Shown piece after piece: positions 40,154 to 53,708 of a stretch of DNA of 64,000 nucleotides (position 1 is the stretch's first letter; every line of letters begins with the position of its first letter). This stretch comes from Mizuhopecten yessoensis. Taxonomy: Eukaryota. A program made the translations under genes and the position numbers. A model generated the notes under the pieces. It did not search any database and was not told where the DNA came from. It saw only the letters and a program-made list of their open reading frames with translations. Location of the stretch: positions 1,735,873 to 1,799,872 of the forward strand of contig NW_018405342.1 of NCBI RefSeq assembly GCF_002113885.1, read 5' to 3'.

Positions 40154-42910
40154 TCAGATGTTGATTGGTTGATAGGAGCTTCGAGAAAATCACAAAGCTG
40201 AAAACAAGCGTAACTGTATGTTTAAACCGTATAACACTGATTCCAAGATCTAGTTGCTGTTACATGTATATTGATCGATGTTTTGTAAAACCTCACTCTA
40301 GTTCCACAAAACATTTGGTAATACGAATATCTTTTGAATGAGATAAATGGCTCGGTTTTAATGAAAAATAAATAAAAAAAACAACAACCACAGACTTGTC
40401 AATAATATTTATAAAAAAAAAAATGATATTTTCAGTGTTACATAATTTATTGTTCTCCGTTTGACAATAGAAAGTTAACATGTCATAGTGAACATACTTG
40501 TGTTACTAGAATTTGTTAAGAAGGAAGTATCCTTTTAAATAGTTCGGTATTTCAGCAAATACTCATTTAACATTTCTATCCACAAAACCATATATACATG
40601 TACATTTTTTTCCAAGTTTAAATTATTATATTAAATTGAAGTTATTTCCGTTGTGTCTTATTCAATTTCCAAAGCGAATTACTAGCTCAACACAGAATAA
40701 CAAAAACACTTGATAGAACCTACATATGCATAGCATAAAAAATGAATGAATAATAATAACAGGCATTGAAAAATGTCATGAAAACATTAAGAACTGTTGT
40801 AAAAGGTTGACATTAGTCTGATTAGTCTAATCTTACCAAACCTTTAAGCTTTAGTTTCCAAAAATTCTACAACCTGTATATATTACATTGTATCTACCCT
40901 AACGGAACATCTTTATCTTCTTAATCCTTACCCCTGAACTAAATGTTCTGTCAAAGTCTTTCTGCATTTCTTTTATATGATCTTTCACTATCTGGCTGAA
41001 TGTACGAAAATATAGTACAATATATTTATGGCTTGGGTCCCTATCAATAAAATTACTTCCAACCCCATGTAGCAAAAAAGTGCGGTATAAACTATTCACT
41101 TAACACAGATAGAGAGCTAACGTGGATGAGTGAAAATCAGTTCCTCCAATATCAAGGAACTGCCTGTTATGTATTGCAGAATACAGGTTGTTTTTCCCTG
41201 TATAGTTAAGTGATCCGTCTCTTTTCAATATGGTGTTTGGTACTGGGATTTGAAGTCTGTCCCAGAAGCATGAGTTTCACGTGTATATACAGTTTGAATT
41301 TAGACCTTTCCTAGTGTAAACTTCTACATTATATAAGTCATCATAGAGCAATTCTGTGTCATGCCTCAAAACTGGTATCAGATCTGTCGATGTGTGGAGT
41401 GAATTAGGACAGGTTCCTGTATAGCTCCGTATATGTTTTTACATTGCTATATCGTCAAAGTTTCGGTGGCTAAAATCACCACTCACTGCCTCCTTGAAGG
41501 CAAGGAAGGACACTAGAGGCAAAACAAATCCAGTCAATGATTTTTTTTTTTTAATTTCGCATATATTGTTCTTTGGGGTGTACCTAACAAAATATCAAAA
41601 TTTGAGAATAGGTTTCCAGGCTATTTTTTTAAAATATTCTTTGAAAGAATTATCCCCCTTTGAAGTCTGAAAAATGTCATTTTTTTGCCCTTTTTAAGTC
41701 ATTAAGGTTCCCGCCAAAAAATGCATATATATCTTTTTTGAATTTATCTGAGAACAATATGATAAATGTCTATTTTTGACATAATATTTTAAAACAAAAA
41801 TCTTTTTTTTTTCAAAATGGCTACCCTTTGGTAAAAATTCGCAAAAAAAATGATTGTAAAGTCGAATAGAATTATTTTTTTGTCAATGAATTCTTTTTGA
41901 AATTGGTATATAAAATAACTTATATCCAAGCTACAAATCATAAAAAAATAAAGATTTGTTTCTAGGGAAAACAAAAAGTTAGAGGGAATAGAACGACACC
42001 CTGTCATACACCTTTTTATGCAGATTTCATGAAAAAATTCCAAATTTTTCACTTGTTTTTACTCTTTTAACTAAAGATGCGATTGATTCTTAAATTTGCA
42101 TTGGTTTTGCAGCAGCCATGTTTTTGTAATATTATTTTATCCTTTCAGGTAACCTTCTTTAGGTTTATTCAAGAAGTTGGCATTTGACCTCAAAGAGAAA
42201 TCATCATTTCATCGGTTAATAATCTTTGTTCAATATAGTCTCATCTTTCACAATAATCAGACATAAGACTTGGAAAGGATATATATCTTATTTCAATCAA
42301 CAATAATTATTGAAAACAATATTTATTTGACCTTTGTTTTTGACCTCATGTTAAAAGGATTGTCCGACCAATTTATCTATCATTACAGTGTATTGAGTGT
42401 TTGGTCATGTTATACCTGTCCGTCTCTTCCTTAACTCATTACCATTGCTATTTAAAACCCTTAGGGTGCAAATTCTTCAAGACTAGGATTAGTCACAACA
42501 TTTTTTATTGTTGGAGAAATATCACCCATTTATCTTATTCTCATAACAGTTCAGCTCCAGTTCCCTAGTAGAAAGTGCTGGCTTCACATCTTACTACAAC
42601 GATGCCGTATACACAGATTTTCTCAGCGAATCGTCTTCTTGACTACTAGCACTTTATTTTATTTTGATGTCATAAGCAGAATATACCTTAAACTATCTCA
42701 ATATTTGACACTCATTATGCCGACTGTGAAACTTGTATATATGCCCGTTATAAAATGTAGATAACAAATACATGCATACCTATCAATTAAGAAGAAATCC
42801 CGTGGAAAGATAAAATTGTTATACCATTGAAAAGAAATGAAATATTTTTATTATGTTTAGATAATTAACCTATTCAGTTTTAATAAACTTATTCATCGGT
42901 GTCAATTATG

Positions 42911-45900
42911 TTACATGAATGTCGCAGAGACGTTGACCCGAGCCCCCAGGTCACTTAGGTCGTCTAGTTGCTGCGCTTTTTGTTGCCAGTAGGCGACTGA
43001 TTTGTCTTCGTGGTCATAGTCCGTTTTCTCTGTAAACATGGTCAGCTGACCGATCCCCATCACCATGGCGATTATGAGTGACACGGCGGCAGCAGCTGAT
43101 GACAGAATCAGCGGCCACCCTGTCGCGCCGTCACGTGTCTCAAGAGCCTCAAGGGGAGTTAATCCGGCTTTCTTTTTCACGAACAGCAGGATACCAATGA
43201 TAATGACACAACCTATTGGTACAAAACAACAAATACCATGTATTTATACAATGTATATATTTAACTTTAACCCATTATATTGTAAATATACTTCTAAATA
43301 ATCTTCATATTTGAAGATGACAAACTTGAATTGGAAGAATGTAATTAAATAAGTGCGCAAATTGATATCATTCCTTGATCAGCGCCCTTTGAATAATTCC
43401 ATACTGTTTGCGGCGAAACAATTTTCATTAATACTGGTTACGATATTAAATAGCTCTAATAGATAGCCATCAACAGTGATTCTCCTTCGTTTATGTATTC
43501 ATACGCATTGTGACCAGCCCATGTATCTTCTGTTATTACTTTTAACCATACCAGTTGGTCATATCAAAATCATCTTGAGTCGATTCAAGTTTGCACATTG
43601 AAGTAGTTTAAAAATGTATAAAGTAATAATCATAAGCATGCAGGACAATGAAGTTTCATATGAATAGTTGTGTTGTTAACCATTTTTGTCGTACTGACCT
43701 TGACCTCATCTTAAACTTTTACCTGTTACTGAGCTATTTATAAGTTTGAAACTGACACTGAATTATCCATACACCTTGATTCCATTCATTGTTTTACAAA
43801 AGACTATCCCCATCGACCGTGACCTTTATCTGACACAGAAATCAGCCCTTACATAACCTTGACCTTACCTGAACGCCCCAGTATTTGCCAAACATACGTT
43901 GTCAAAATAATGGTTACAAGGTAACTCACCTGCTCCAGACGTGAGAATAACCACCAGCCGCCTGAGAATGGACACAGTCTTACACTGGCGGACCAGCACA
44001 AGCTGTGTGGCAACGTTAAACATAAGTAAGATGGCCGCAAAGGTCTCTACCACCGCCACGCCTTGTAACCAAGCTGTAACAAAAAAACCGGACGCTTGTT
44101 AATCTGTCATAGGGTAAAAGTTCAACTTAAGTTATTATCATTTACCAGAGTAATTATCCTTCCTTATATCTTAATTATATCAATTTCATTTAAACACGCA
44201 TAATTAGTTCCTAGTACAATACAGTTTTACCTGTCCCTACAATATTTCGTAAATAATGTATGATAGCTATAGTATATTGTATATTAACATATGTAATGGA
44301 ATACAATGTTCTGTCACCTGATGAAAGGGATGCTAAGGCAGCACCTTGTTACAACCAAACACACACAACTACCATACCCCGATTATAAATCGTTCCATTG
44401 CACATTTTGTTAAAATTGTTTGCAACATAAATAGGCCAAAGAAATTAACAATAAGTTATTTTCAATTCAATTAAATGTGAATGCATGCACAAGTAGAAGT
44501 GACAGAGAGGAAGTCGTTCTCACGTAACTACACAAAACCTATAACTACATCACGAATGCTTTCTTTTTAATAGATGAATATCAGTCATATTGTCATGTCA
44601 GTGACGGCTCATTCCCCGAACACCAACTCTGGAGAATTGAAAGGAAGGTGTTTATATAGGAAATCCTTTGAAGTGTAGTTATAGCCTGTTTCAACTAAGA
44701 ATGTCAACTCATTTTGTAGATATGATACTAAAGTCAATAATAAAAATAATAAAATGGATAAAAAGTTTTTATTTCCTACATATAACTGTAATACACATTT
44801 AACACAGAACTAAGTAATAGAAAATAATCATTAAATAATAATTTTTACATTATAAGAAAAAGAAAAATAACATTACATTATATGAAAAACAAAATTCCTT
44901 AATTTAAGCCACATTGATACTAATGTCAGCAATAAAATACTGTTTCTATTCCTACATATAACAGTAATACACATTTAATACAGCAATAAAAGATAGCCAT
45001 TATTAAACATGAATATACACAGTAAACCTTTCTGGAGCTAAAGTAGATGAAGATTTTTGCATGAATCATGATGATTTTAGTTGGAATTGATTTTTGGAAT
45101 TCAGAAGTTTTGCCAAAAAGTATAATATTTTCCTTTATTTCGAACGTTTGGTCAGTTTTTAAGTATATCCATCTACGTATGTCTTGCCAGAAGTTATTTG
45201 TTATTTGACACTGTTAAAAATGATGTTCTATAGTTTGTTTGCTTTCTTGGCATACATTACATAAATCACATTGTTTGATTCCAATTATTTTTAAATAATG
45301 ATTAAGTGGAAGTATTCTTGAAAGAAGCCTGAAAGTGACCGATTGAATGCTAGTTTTAAGTCCATATATAAAGTTTTCCAAATCAATAATTTTGAGTTCA
45401 CCCTCACTATGGTCTTGAACAATTGTTGAGCGGTTTATTTTTTTTGTTCAATGATTGAATTATGTCTTTACTTTGAGTAGGGAGAGATATAAACAGGTGA
45501 TTCATTTTTGCAATGATAAGTTATTCTCCGTGAGAGCCTGTGTTCTTTGTTATTTATGTTTATGCCCTAGAGTTTTTATTGTTTTTTTACCATGATAGCT
45601 AATATTTCAACTACCAAAAGAAATAAGTAAGATGATACCGGATCCCCTTGGCTACAGACCCTTTTTATGTCTGAAAACTGTTCTAAATATTGATCAATAT
45701 TTTACAATTATTAGCAGTTATTGATTATCTGATTAGAAGTTGATTTACCTGTGCAATGTACCTGTACACCATTTCTGCTATAGACTATAACTCACTATCA
45801 TCAACTGACCACCTATGTAAACATGTGATTTTAAGCCGAGTTGGTGGTCGGGGAAGACCCCGTCAGTGACCAACCATTCACAGTTAAACATTTCATGATT

Positions 45901-48900
45901 GATTTGAAACCAATGCGAGAACAACTCTTTAACTTAACGAAGACCATTTGTTTGATGCATTTTCAGTGATTATTTTATTTAAACTGAAGAAAATATATGC
46001 TTTTCCATCTTTAAAAGTTTATACCTGGTAGATTAATGTTTATATATTCCTTTCTGTGAACGACTAATATTAGTGTTCTTCGCCCTAAATGACATGTACT
46101 TTCGTAAACTGTCAATGGTAAATTAATATCTGAATTAGTATGATGTACAGCTTCAATATCATGCTCGTTAATATTTATGAAATTACTCCAGGGCGCTTTT
46201 ATTACTCTTAATCAATTGAATAATGGATTAACTTAACAATTTATAAATGAAATACTTTTAAAGTGCAATTAGAGACAAAGGCTGAAAGTCAGCCGTGTTT
46301 ACGGCGAACTTGTATGAGTGTATGAGAAGATGACGATTCTTTATTTTGTATGCAAACTGCGTACAATTTTCAATTTTGTTGCCACCGTAAAATCACCCAT
46401 ATCATCAATAATACAAATAAAAAAATCTAATAGAATCATTTCGCATCCATTGTGAATCTATTCAGTTTTACAATGTACATCAAACATTTGCCATCCATAC
46501 AGAATTGTTTGAACATTCAACGGAATAGCATCACTCAGAACTGAAATTTATTTAACGAGAAATACTGGTAGTTTTTGATGAAATAGAGAGAACAGTAGAG
46601 TAAGTAGAAATCACAATCTATGTATATCGTTTAAGGGGAAGTCAATAGACCAGATATTTCGAAACATTTCCTGCAGGTTTGTAAGTATTGGTTTTGACAA
46701 GTTCTTTTTACACAACCAATAAGCGTTTCTATGTGACGTTTCGATGACTAGTACGGTTTGTACACTGTCACCTCCATCAGACAAATGACCAGTGAAGCGT
46801 ATACACACACAGATGTAAAATGTGTACGAGTTGTCCACATAATCGATGTCGATTCGGCTACGCTGTAGGCGTATGTACAATAGTTGGTATGTCAGTACCG
46901 AAATGACTCGATTCAGCTTCACTTTGTTTAAACGTCATAGAAACTCTTTTTGGTTGTGTAACAAGAACGTGTCATAATAAATAGATCAGAGTTTGAATAA
47001 CTGGTATAATTTCTTAATTGACATAGGATTAAATGAACCTTTCTGCCACCATGATATTTAAAAAAAATATCAAAAGTACATAGGGAACATCAATATCAGT
47101 TAAATATCAGAAAATTAGTTTTAAGTTTCAATTGACGTTATTGTGTTATTGTGGGAAACAAACAAGTTTTAGTGTTACATTAATACATAACTTTCAAGGG
47201 GAAGCTAGTATTATATATAGTTCTTGATAATGGCAAATCAAATACACTACTGAGACGAAAATTGTATTCATGCTATTTTAATACTTGTTAATAAAGATAA
47301 TGTTTTGCAAAGAAAATGATATGTATTTGATTAATAATATTTTTTGAATGAATAAGTATGTTGCTGGATACAAAAATATTTTTAATAACGTTGACCTTTT
47401 TATAGAAATCTTGATAGCTGAAAGGTTCAATTTCAATAAGCCGTTTACGGCTCTTCTGTAGATCTTTTGAAGCGTCTAGCTCTCTATGCCAAACATCTGA
47501 TGCTGAACCCTTTTGTTAGGGTTGTTATTTTGGAATACAAACTTCATTATATTTTTTTTTCTTACGAATAAATACAATAATACAAGAGAAAAAAGATGAA
47601 ATGGTCACTTGATGCTTGAACATTGAGATTTGGCAATCCTATTAATATTTGGCTATTCTAACTTAACTTGAGGTAATCAAAATTAAGAACTGTATTGTAT
47701 TAGCTGTATAAAACTTAACTTAACTGAGGGACACTATGTCTTTACTGCAGTAAGTAGGCCTGTTATTGGCAAGTGGTACAATGTACATGTTTTTTGCCAT
47801 ACCTTACGTCTGTTCGTTCGTTCGTGCTTTGTAGGAGTTGTAAATTATACCTAAACGTTTGTTTATAAATTGAACGTTAGAATTCAGCTGAAACTGGGTT
47901 TTTTGTCTGTAGGCGGATTGATGTAGGTTCTATGTTCTAATCTGGGCCTCCTGTTTTACTGTAAATATAGATAATGCCATGCTGTGTTTGTCATAAATTT
48001 GCTATTGTCGTGTTTGTGTATTATGATTTGTAAACTATATTAAAAGTCATCATACGGTGACCATATTCATTCATATATTCTTCTGGTTGTTAATGTATTA
48101 TTTATTTTTTTGCATTTTGCGTCGTCGGTCCAATTCTTGAAAACAGGTGCTTCCATCGTTGTTCTATTGATTATTTTAGTCAATTTTTGAGACAAAAAAC
48201 AACAACAAAAAATCAAGATTTAAGAACTATTTTCTATGGCTGTATTCCTCAGTAAATGAAAACCCATATTATTGCTTATGCAACCAATCTAATTCAAATC
48301 ATATCTTCACATCGCCCCCGTTTACTGATCTACGCGACATATCAGTAAACGGGAACGATATGAAGATACAATTTTGATAAGATTGTTTTTTAAGAAGAAA
48401 ACTCCAAACTTCAACAATTACTAGCTGTTAAATGTAAATGACATGTCCGGGAATACAACGTCTGATAGAACATTTGGAATGAAGTACTTACATGCTAGAT
48501 CACAACATAAAGTAAGTGATCTTTCATTCTATATTTCCTTTCCCACACTTAACCCTATTCCTCCGACTCCAAAATGTTCCAGTCACCCGGAGAATCAAGA
48601 AATACATGTATAAATACGTTATATTTGTTATAATTTGTCAAAACTTGTTGATTGGTCCTTTGGTGTCGTTTAATCAATAGCATTTGTGACATCAGCATAC
48701 GATGTCTGATTTTATTTTGTAGAAAAATATATTACCTTCCATCACTGAAATAGTACAAATAATCGAAGCTTTAATTTGAGTGCATTTATTCCTCTTACTT
48801 TATATGTAAGACTCCAATACGTACCTCTACTGCCAGATCTATCCGAACTTGTTGTTATGCAGGTGCTGTTTTGGCACGTCACTGTTGCCCAGATTCCAAA

Positions 48901-49044
48901 GTACGTGACGTCATCGGTTCCCACGTTGTTCGGGTCGTCGATGTACCACCATGCAGGAAACACAAGCCCAAGCACGTGGAGACAAGTTCCCACCACGCCA
49001 AGCAAGAGGAGTATCACATCTACTATTCTCACACGGTGAGACAT
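42911..49044 (-). CDS. Claudin/PMP22/EMP-superfamily four-pass membrane protein A (~221 aa); exons 48825-49044, 43930-44073, 42911-43212
   Basis: TM1 followed by WW...YFGIW-x4-C-x4-C extracellular signature. GT/AG phase-1 junctions join in frame (SGSR|AWLQGVAVVETF...TSGA|GCVIIIGILLF...GWPLILSSAAAAVSLIIA...SATFM*). Alternative upstream ATG at 49083. Confidence 0.85.
44700..45690 (-). mobile_element. Decayed L1/Tx1-clade LINE ORF2 fragment in intron 1 of claudin-like A
   Basis: Minus-strand translation IKRVCSQGDPVSSYLFLLVVEILA (RT QGDPLSPxLF motif) and KRSTIVQDHSEGELKIIDLENFIYGLK, with stops and frameshifts. The left boundary is approximate. Confidence 0.75.
46695..46974. mobile_element. MITE with ~45-bp imperfect TIRs
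   Basis: tgacaagttctttttacacaaccaataagcgtttctatg / catagaaactctttttggttgtgtaacaagaacgtgtca. Confidence 0.6.
48302..48368. repeat. Hairpin
   Basis: tatcttca.atcg..cccgtttactgat...atcagtaaacggg..cgat.tgaagata. Confidence 0.6.
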
Positions 49045-51108
49045 CTTCAAAGAGAGGCTCTTGGATTCTGCCGTCTCGGTCATTACGTCAATCCCGCTAA
49101 GGTTTATGGCAACGTCGGTCGATACTGATAGCCAAGGATAGCCAATTCCTCTCAATATTTGCTAGGACGGGGTATTTTTTTTAAAAATCATTCGCCAACC
49201 AAACTGACAATTCTTACGGCAAAAAAACAAGATGACGTTATGTGCACATGTAACGGCAATCGAAAAGAATAAGTAATCAGTTCCAGAAAAGTTACTTATG
49301 ATAAAATGAGATTATGACGAGATCTTCATTGGTACTTTGGAATGATGTTGGAAGATAATTATCAAGAAAAAGAATATTGTCTTTAAGTTGTCATGCACGT
49401 AACTTTGATGACGCCACAGATTCTGTATTTCTTCCCAGATTACGATGCTATAATATGTCTACGATGAAAATAACACCGCGTTGTCCGTATTACCACACAG
49501 CATGATCACATAAACTGATGACGTCAGTACTGATATCATATGTACATGTAAATGTATTACCTACCTACTTAACACTCACACACTTGTAGTATATAGTTAA
49601 TGAGAGGTTTAAATCTATATCACAGAGTAATACGGAGTTTCCTGTAATATTTCTGATGCGTAACGATGACGTGTATTCTGTCATAAAGATTAGACTAGTT
49701 TGATATAATCTGACATACATCCATTCTTAGCTGTGGCTGTTGCACAACGTTTTCATTAGTTATATTCACGTTCCTGCAGCTGATCGTCCGAACCCAATCC
49801 AGTTATTGCTGGTCGAGAACATTCAAGAGTTTTATATGCGGCCGATAATACGTTATGGTATATTTGCGTCATAAACAGTCTGTTTGTCTCCCTAATCTCT
49901 TCAACAGACTTGAAGAAAACAAACTTCAAAAGTCAAATAGAAAATTTTAAATGATATATTACTCTAGATCCGTAAAACGTGTTGAAAATATTGTCCACAT
50001 ATCACAGGGTGAAGGGCGAGCTGTCATGTTGTCTTACAACATCAAAGAGCGCCGTCTTGTGTTGAGTGTCAGATTTATAATATCACGTGTACCTATCAAC
50101 GTTACGTCTCAAGTTTATGGCGGGTGTAAGTGGTCAGTGTGGGTAAATTGTATAAATTATGGGTTTGGGAGCAATGACGCAGAACCTCCCAGGGGAATGG
50201 AAGAGAATGTGGACGTACGTACATATGTAGTTTGATACTGGGGTAACCGATGTGTCGCAATACGCCTGGATCGAGAGTATCACGATATATTGCATATAGG
50301 AGGAATGTATTGTGATTCGTATCCGGCTTTATTGTCACAGGGGGAAAAATGCTAAATTTAAAAAGATACTGTTATCAGAATTTAAACAAACTTAATCATA
50401 TATTAAACGGATCACAGAGAGTTCAGATTTTCGTTCAACCAACCATCGATTATGAAATTTCATCTTAATTTCACCACTACTATCTTGTGAATTCAGTTTT
50501 CCGATGTGACAGCCCTGTTGATACCGTCAACTTTAAGTAGTAAACCGGTGGGTGATCGTTAGCATAATCAGTTTATGATTTTATGGACCTTAATACCCAA
50601 ATAAAGTGAGAACGCTATTTTCAAATCAATAGACGAAGTTGTTAACTATATCTTATGTGTCGTTCTTTAAAAATGTGTGGATTTCAAGCAATCGTTTTGC
50701 ATTTTGTTTAATTTTTTCTACATTAGTAAAAAATATTTTTTTTGTCAATTTTAGTTCTGTTAGAAACCGATTATATCGATGATGGAATTTGTAATCGATC
50801 ATCGGACTTGAAAAGGGCGAACCGATCGATTTTCGATTATATTAGATCATCAGTCCATCACTACGGCGTCAACATTTGCCGAAATAAAGGTCTGTGTTAT
50901 CACAATCGATATGTGATCGGTAAGAGTATAAATTGACATTACACCACGGCCTTGAATTTCGCAATACCCATTGATTCAGGCGCGAAACAAGTGAACGTAA
51001 CGAATGAGGTAGTATGTCAGTATGATACAGACTGTGTATCACATAGTTTTACGAGAAGCTTGGCTACTGTTCATAACAATTAATATCATACTAATTTTAT
51101 TGTGTTAT

Positions 51109-51275
51109 ATAGAGGTTCCCCAACGAGTGATGGTTGGTTATCGTGTTTATCTAACTCGAGCTAGTATATTTTCAAATTGTACAGGAGGTTTACCGAGTGT
51201 CTTTTACAATGAACATGATAACCAACCATTACGAGTTTGGGGACCTGTTTCTCCCACATCGTTCATATATTATAA
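51109..51275. mobile_element. Hairpin-forming dispersed repeat, copy 2
   Basis: Homologous to 39481-39670; arms gatggttggttatc / gataaccaaccatt. Confidence 0.7.
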
Positions 51276-51989
51276 CTAGAAAACCATATATTTCCTTTGT
51301 GAATGTGAATCAAACTATGACGTCACAGTGGAAGATGACATCGCAAAGCATTGCATTGCTACTTGTGGGGTTAACAAACATGTTTACCAACTCCTAGCGG
51401 GTTATTAAATGAGTCGGGAGATAGGAAACCTACAGCGTGAGAGAAAAGCAAGTTACAGACAACCGGTAATATGTTGCAGCGTACCATTCCATACCTTTAA
51501 CTTTTATTATAACAAGCCCACTACTGAAGAAAAATCTACCCCTTCAGGTTCGGGGAAAGAAAAGACCCGTGTAACCTACTGCATACTTCTATAAGTTTTT
51601 CTTTTGTGTCTTTTTTTTAAAAAGACATCGAAGAAAGCAGAATTGATCTCGACCTTTTTATCCTTTTTTCCCTACTGTTTCTTTATACTCATATTATTGT
51701 CTTTTCTTTTCTGCGTTGTTTCCGTCTTCATGCGAACTTATCTGTTGCGGGGACGTTAAACTCCAAACAAACGAATAACAAGGCTTCTATCTAAGAAAGA
51801 TAGGGTCATTGTTATGTCCTGATCTAAATACTTTAAGAGGTGTCTGCGATTCATTGGCTTTCAAAAGATTGTTTTCTCTGTTGAAATATTGGCGTTTGCA
51901 ACGCAGTAGTAATATTTGTGGCATAGTGTGCTTCTATCGAAGAGCATAAACGCAAGTAAACATTTAACCAGTATATTTTGCTTGAACAG

Positions 51990-52192
51990 GGCCTGTATTC
52001 ATGAAATTGTTCTCATGCTCACTTGAATCATTTTAAACGATCAAAAAGTCAAATGCCAAGATTGAAAACAGTTTCTTCAAAGTTTTTCAAATCATTGACA
52101 AAATAAGATTTTATTAAATAACCGGAACGAGAAATTAGGCTTGAAAGCAAAATCCTTGCTTGAGCATGAGAACGGTTTCATGAATACGGGCC
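51990..52192. mobile_element. MITE sharing TIRs with 25438-25690
   Basis: ggcctgtattcatgaaattgttctcatgctca / tgagcatgagaacggtttcatgaatacgggcc. Confidence 0.8.
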
Positions 52193-52239
52193 TTGTACGT
52201 TTAGACGTCCTGATATTGATACAGAAGACGCTAAATTAA

Positions 52240-52867
52240 GGGGGCCGTGGTGGCTGAATGGTTGGGGGCCGTGGTGGCTGAATGGTTGGGGTCCGTGGTG
52301 GCCGAATAGTTGGGGGCCGTGGTGGCCGAATGGTTGGGGGCCGTGGTGGCCGANCTGAATGGTTGGGGGTCGTGGTGGCTGAATGGTTGGGGGTCGTGGT
52401 GGCTGAATGGTTGGGGGTCGTGGTGGCTGAATGGTTGGGGGTCGTGGTGGCTGAATGGTTGGGGGTCGTGGTGGCTGAATGGTTGGGGGTCGTGGTGGCT
52501 GAATGGTTGGGGGTCGTGGTGGCTGAATGGTTGGGGGTCGTGGTGGCTGAATGGTTGGGGGTCGTGGTGGCTGAATGGTTGGGGGTCGTGGTGGCTGAAT
52601 GGTTGGGGGTCGTGGTGGCTGAATGGTTGGGGGTCGTGGTGGCTGAATGGTTGGGGGTCGTGGTGGCTGAATGGTTGGGGGTCGTGGTGGCTGAATGGTT
52701 GGGGGTCGTGGTGACTGAATGGTTGGGGGTCGTGGTGGCTGAATGGTTGGGGGTCGTGGTGGCTGAATGGTTGGGGGCCGTGGTGGCTGAATGGTTGGGG
52801 ACCGTGGTGGCTGAATGGTTGGGGCCGTGGTGGCTGAATGGTTGGGGGCCGTGGTGGCTGAATGGTT
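52240..52867 (+). repeat. G-rich 24-bp minisatellite (ggggg[c/t]cgtggtggctgaatggtt), ~26 units, derived from a SINE head
   Basis: Visible array containing an N at 52354. The last unit runs directly into the SINE body. Confidence 0.97.
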
Positions 52868-53060
52868 AAGGCGCTGGCCGTCTTCGATCACCTAATCCTC
52901 CATCACTGGGTCGCGGGTTCGAAGCCTACGTGGAGCAGTCGCCAGGTACTGGTCGGAGGTTTTCCTCCGTGCATTCCGGATTTCGACCACCACCAAAACG
53001 TAGCACGTCCTTAAATGACCTTAGGTGTGAGTAGGACGTCTAATACAAACAAACTAATCA
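52844..53060 (+). mobile_element. tRNA-derived SINE (V-domain-like core)
   Basis: tRNA-like head ggggccgtggtggctgaatggttaaggcg (A box TGGCTGAATGG), B box GGTTCGAAGCC at 52916-52926, core ggttttcctccgtgcattccggatttc, tail gcacgtccttaaatgacc...taggacgt...caaacaaac. Confidence 0.8.
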
Positions 53061-53708
53061 CTAAATGCGGTCTTTCTTTTATGTATTCCGTTTTAGATAA
53101 TTTGTTAATGCAGAATATTGACCTAGAATCATGCGCTGTGTTCGATGTTATTGACATTTTCACTTTGATCTACCTTATACACTGTATGACCTCACTGTAC
53201 TGCTGGACAACAAAAGCTAAATATAGAACTTGACCATCAGCGCAAATATGTTTCGGCCGCACGGCATTAGTTTAAGGTTCGGGAAAAATAAACATAAAAA
53301 CTGTTTTATTTACATGAGCTTGATATTTATTACAATTACTTTAATCCAAACATGTACTTCTCATCCAAATAGGAGTAAGAATCAAGATGTGGGATATTTA
53401 GGCATACATAATTTAAATCTTATATACAGTCGAGTTTTGGTAATCAATCAATCAATAGCCCTCTAGTATCACTGCTATCCAGCTGACCCATACGGTGAGT
53501 AAACTGTCAGAAAAACGTTTTTAACCGCAGAATACAATTCATAACTTTCTGATATATATAAAAAGTGTGAGTTTTATTTGCATGAAAATTTGCTTCAGGA
53601 TGCTCTGTAGAATCAAATAATGTATCATTTTTTATAACAGTTCTACCAGTTTAAGAGCATGTTCAACGTTATGATGAGTAAAAACTACACAGATAAAAAA
53701 ATGCTGTA

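Noticed and set aside
52178-52891. Proline-rich (PPRPPTIQ)n extensin-like ORF
   Set aside because: Antisense translation of the SINE-head minisatellite; contains an N and has no gene structure.
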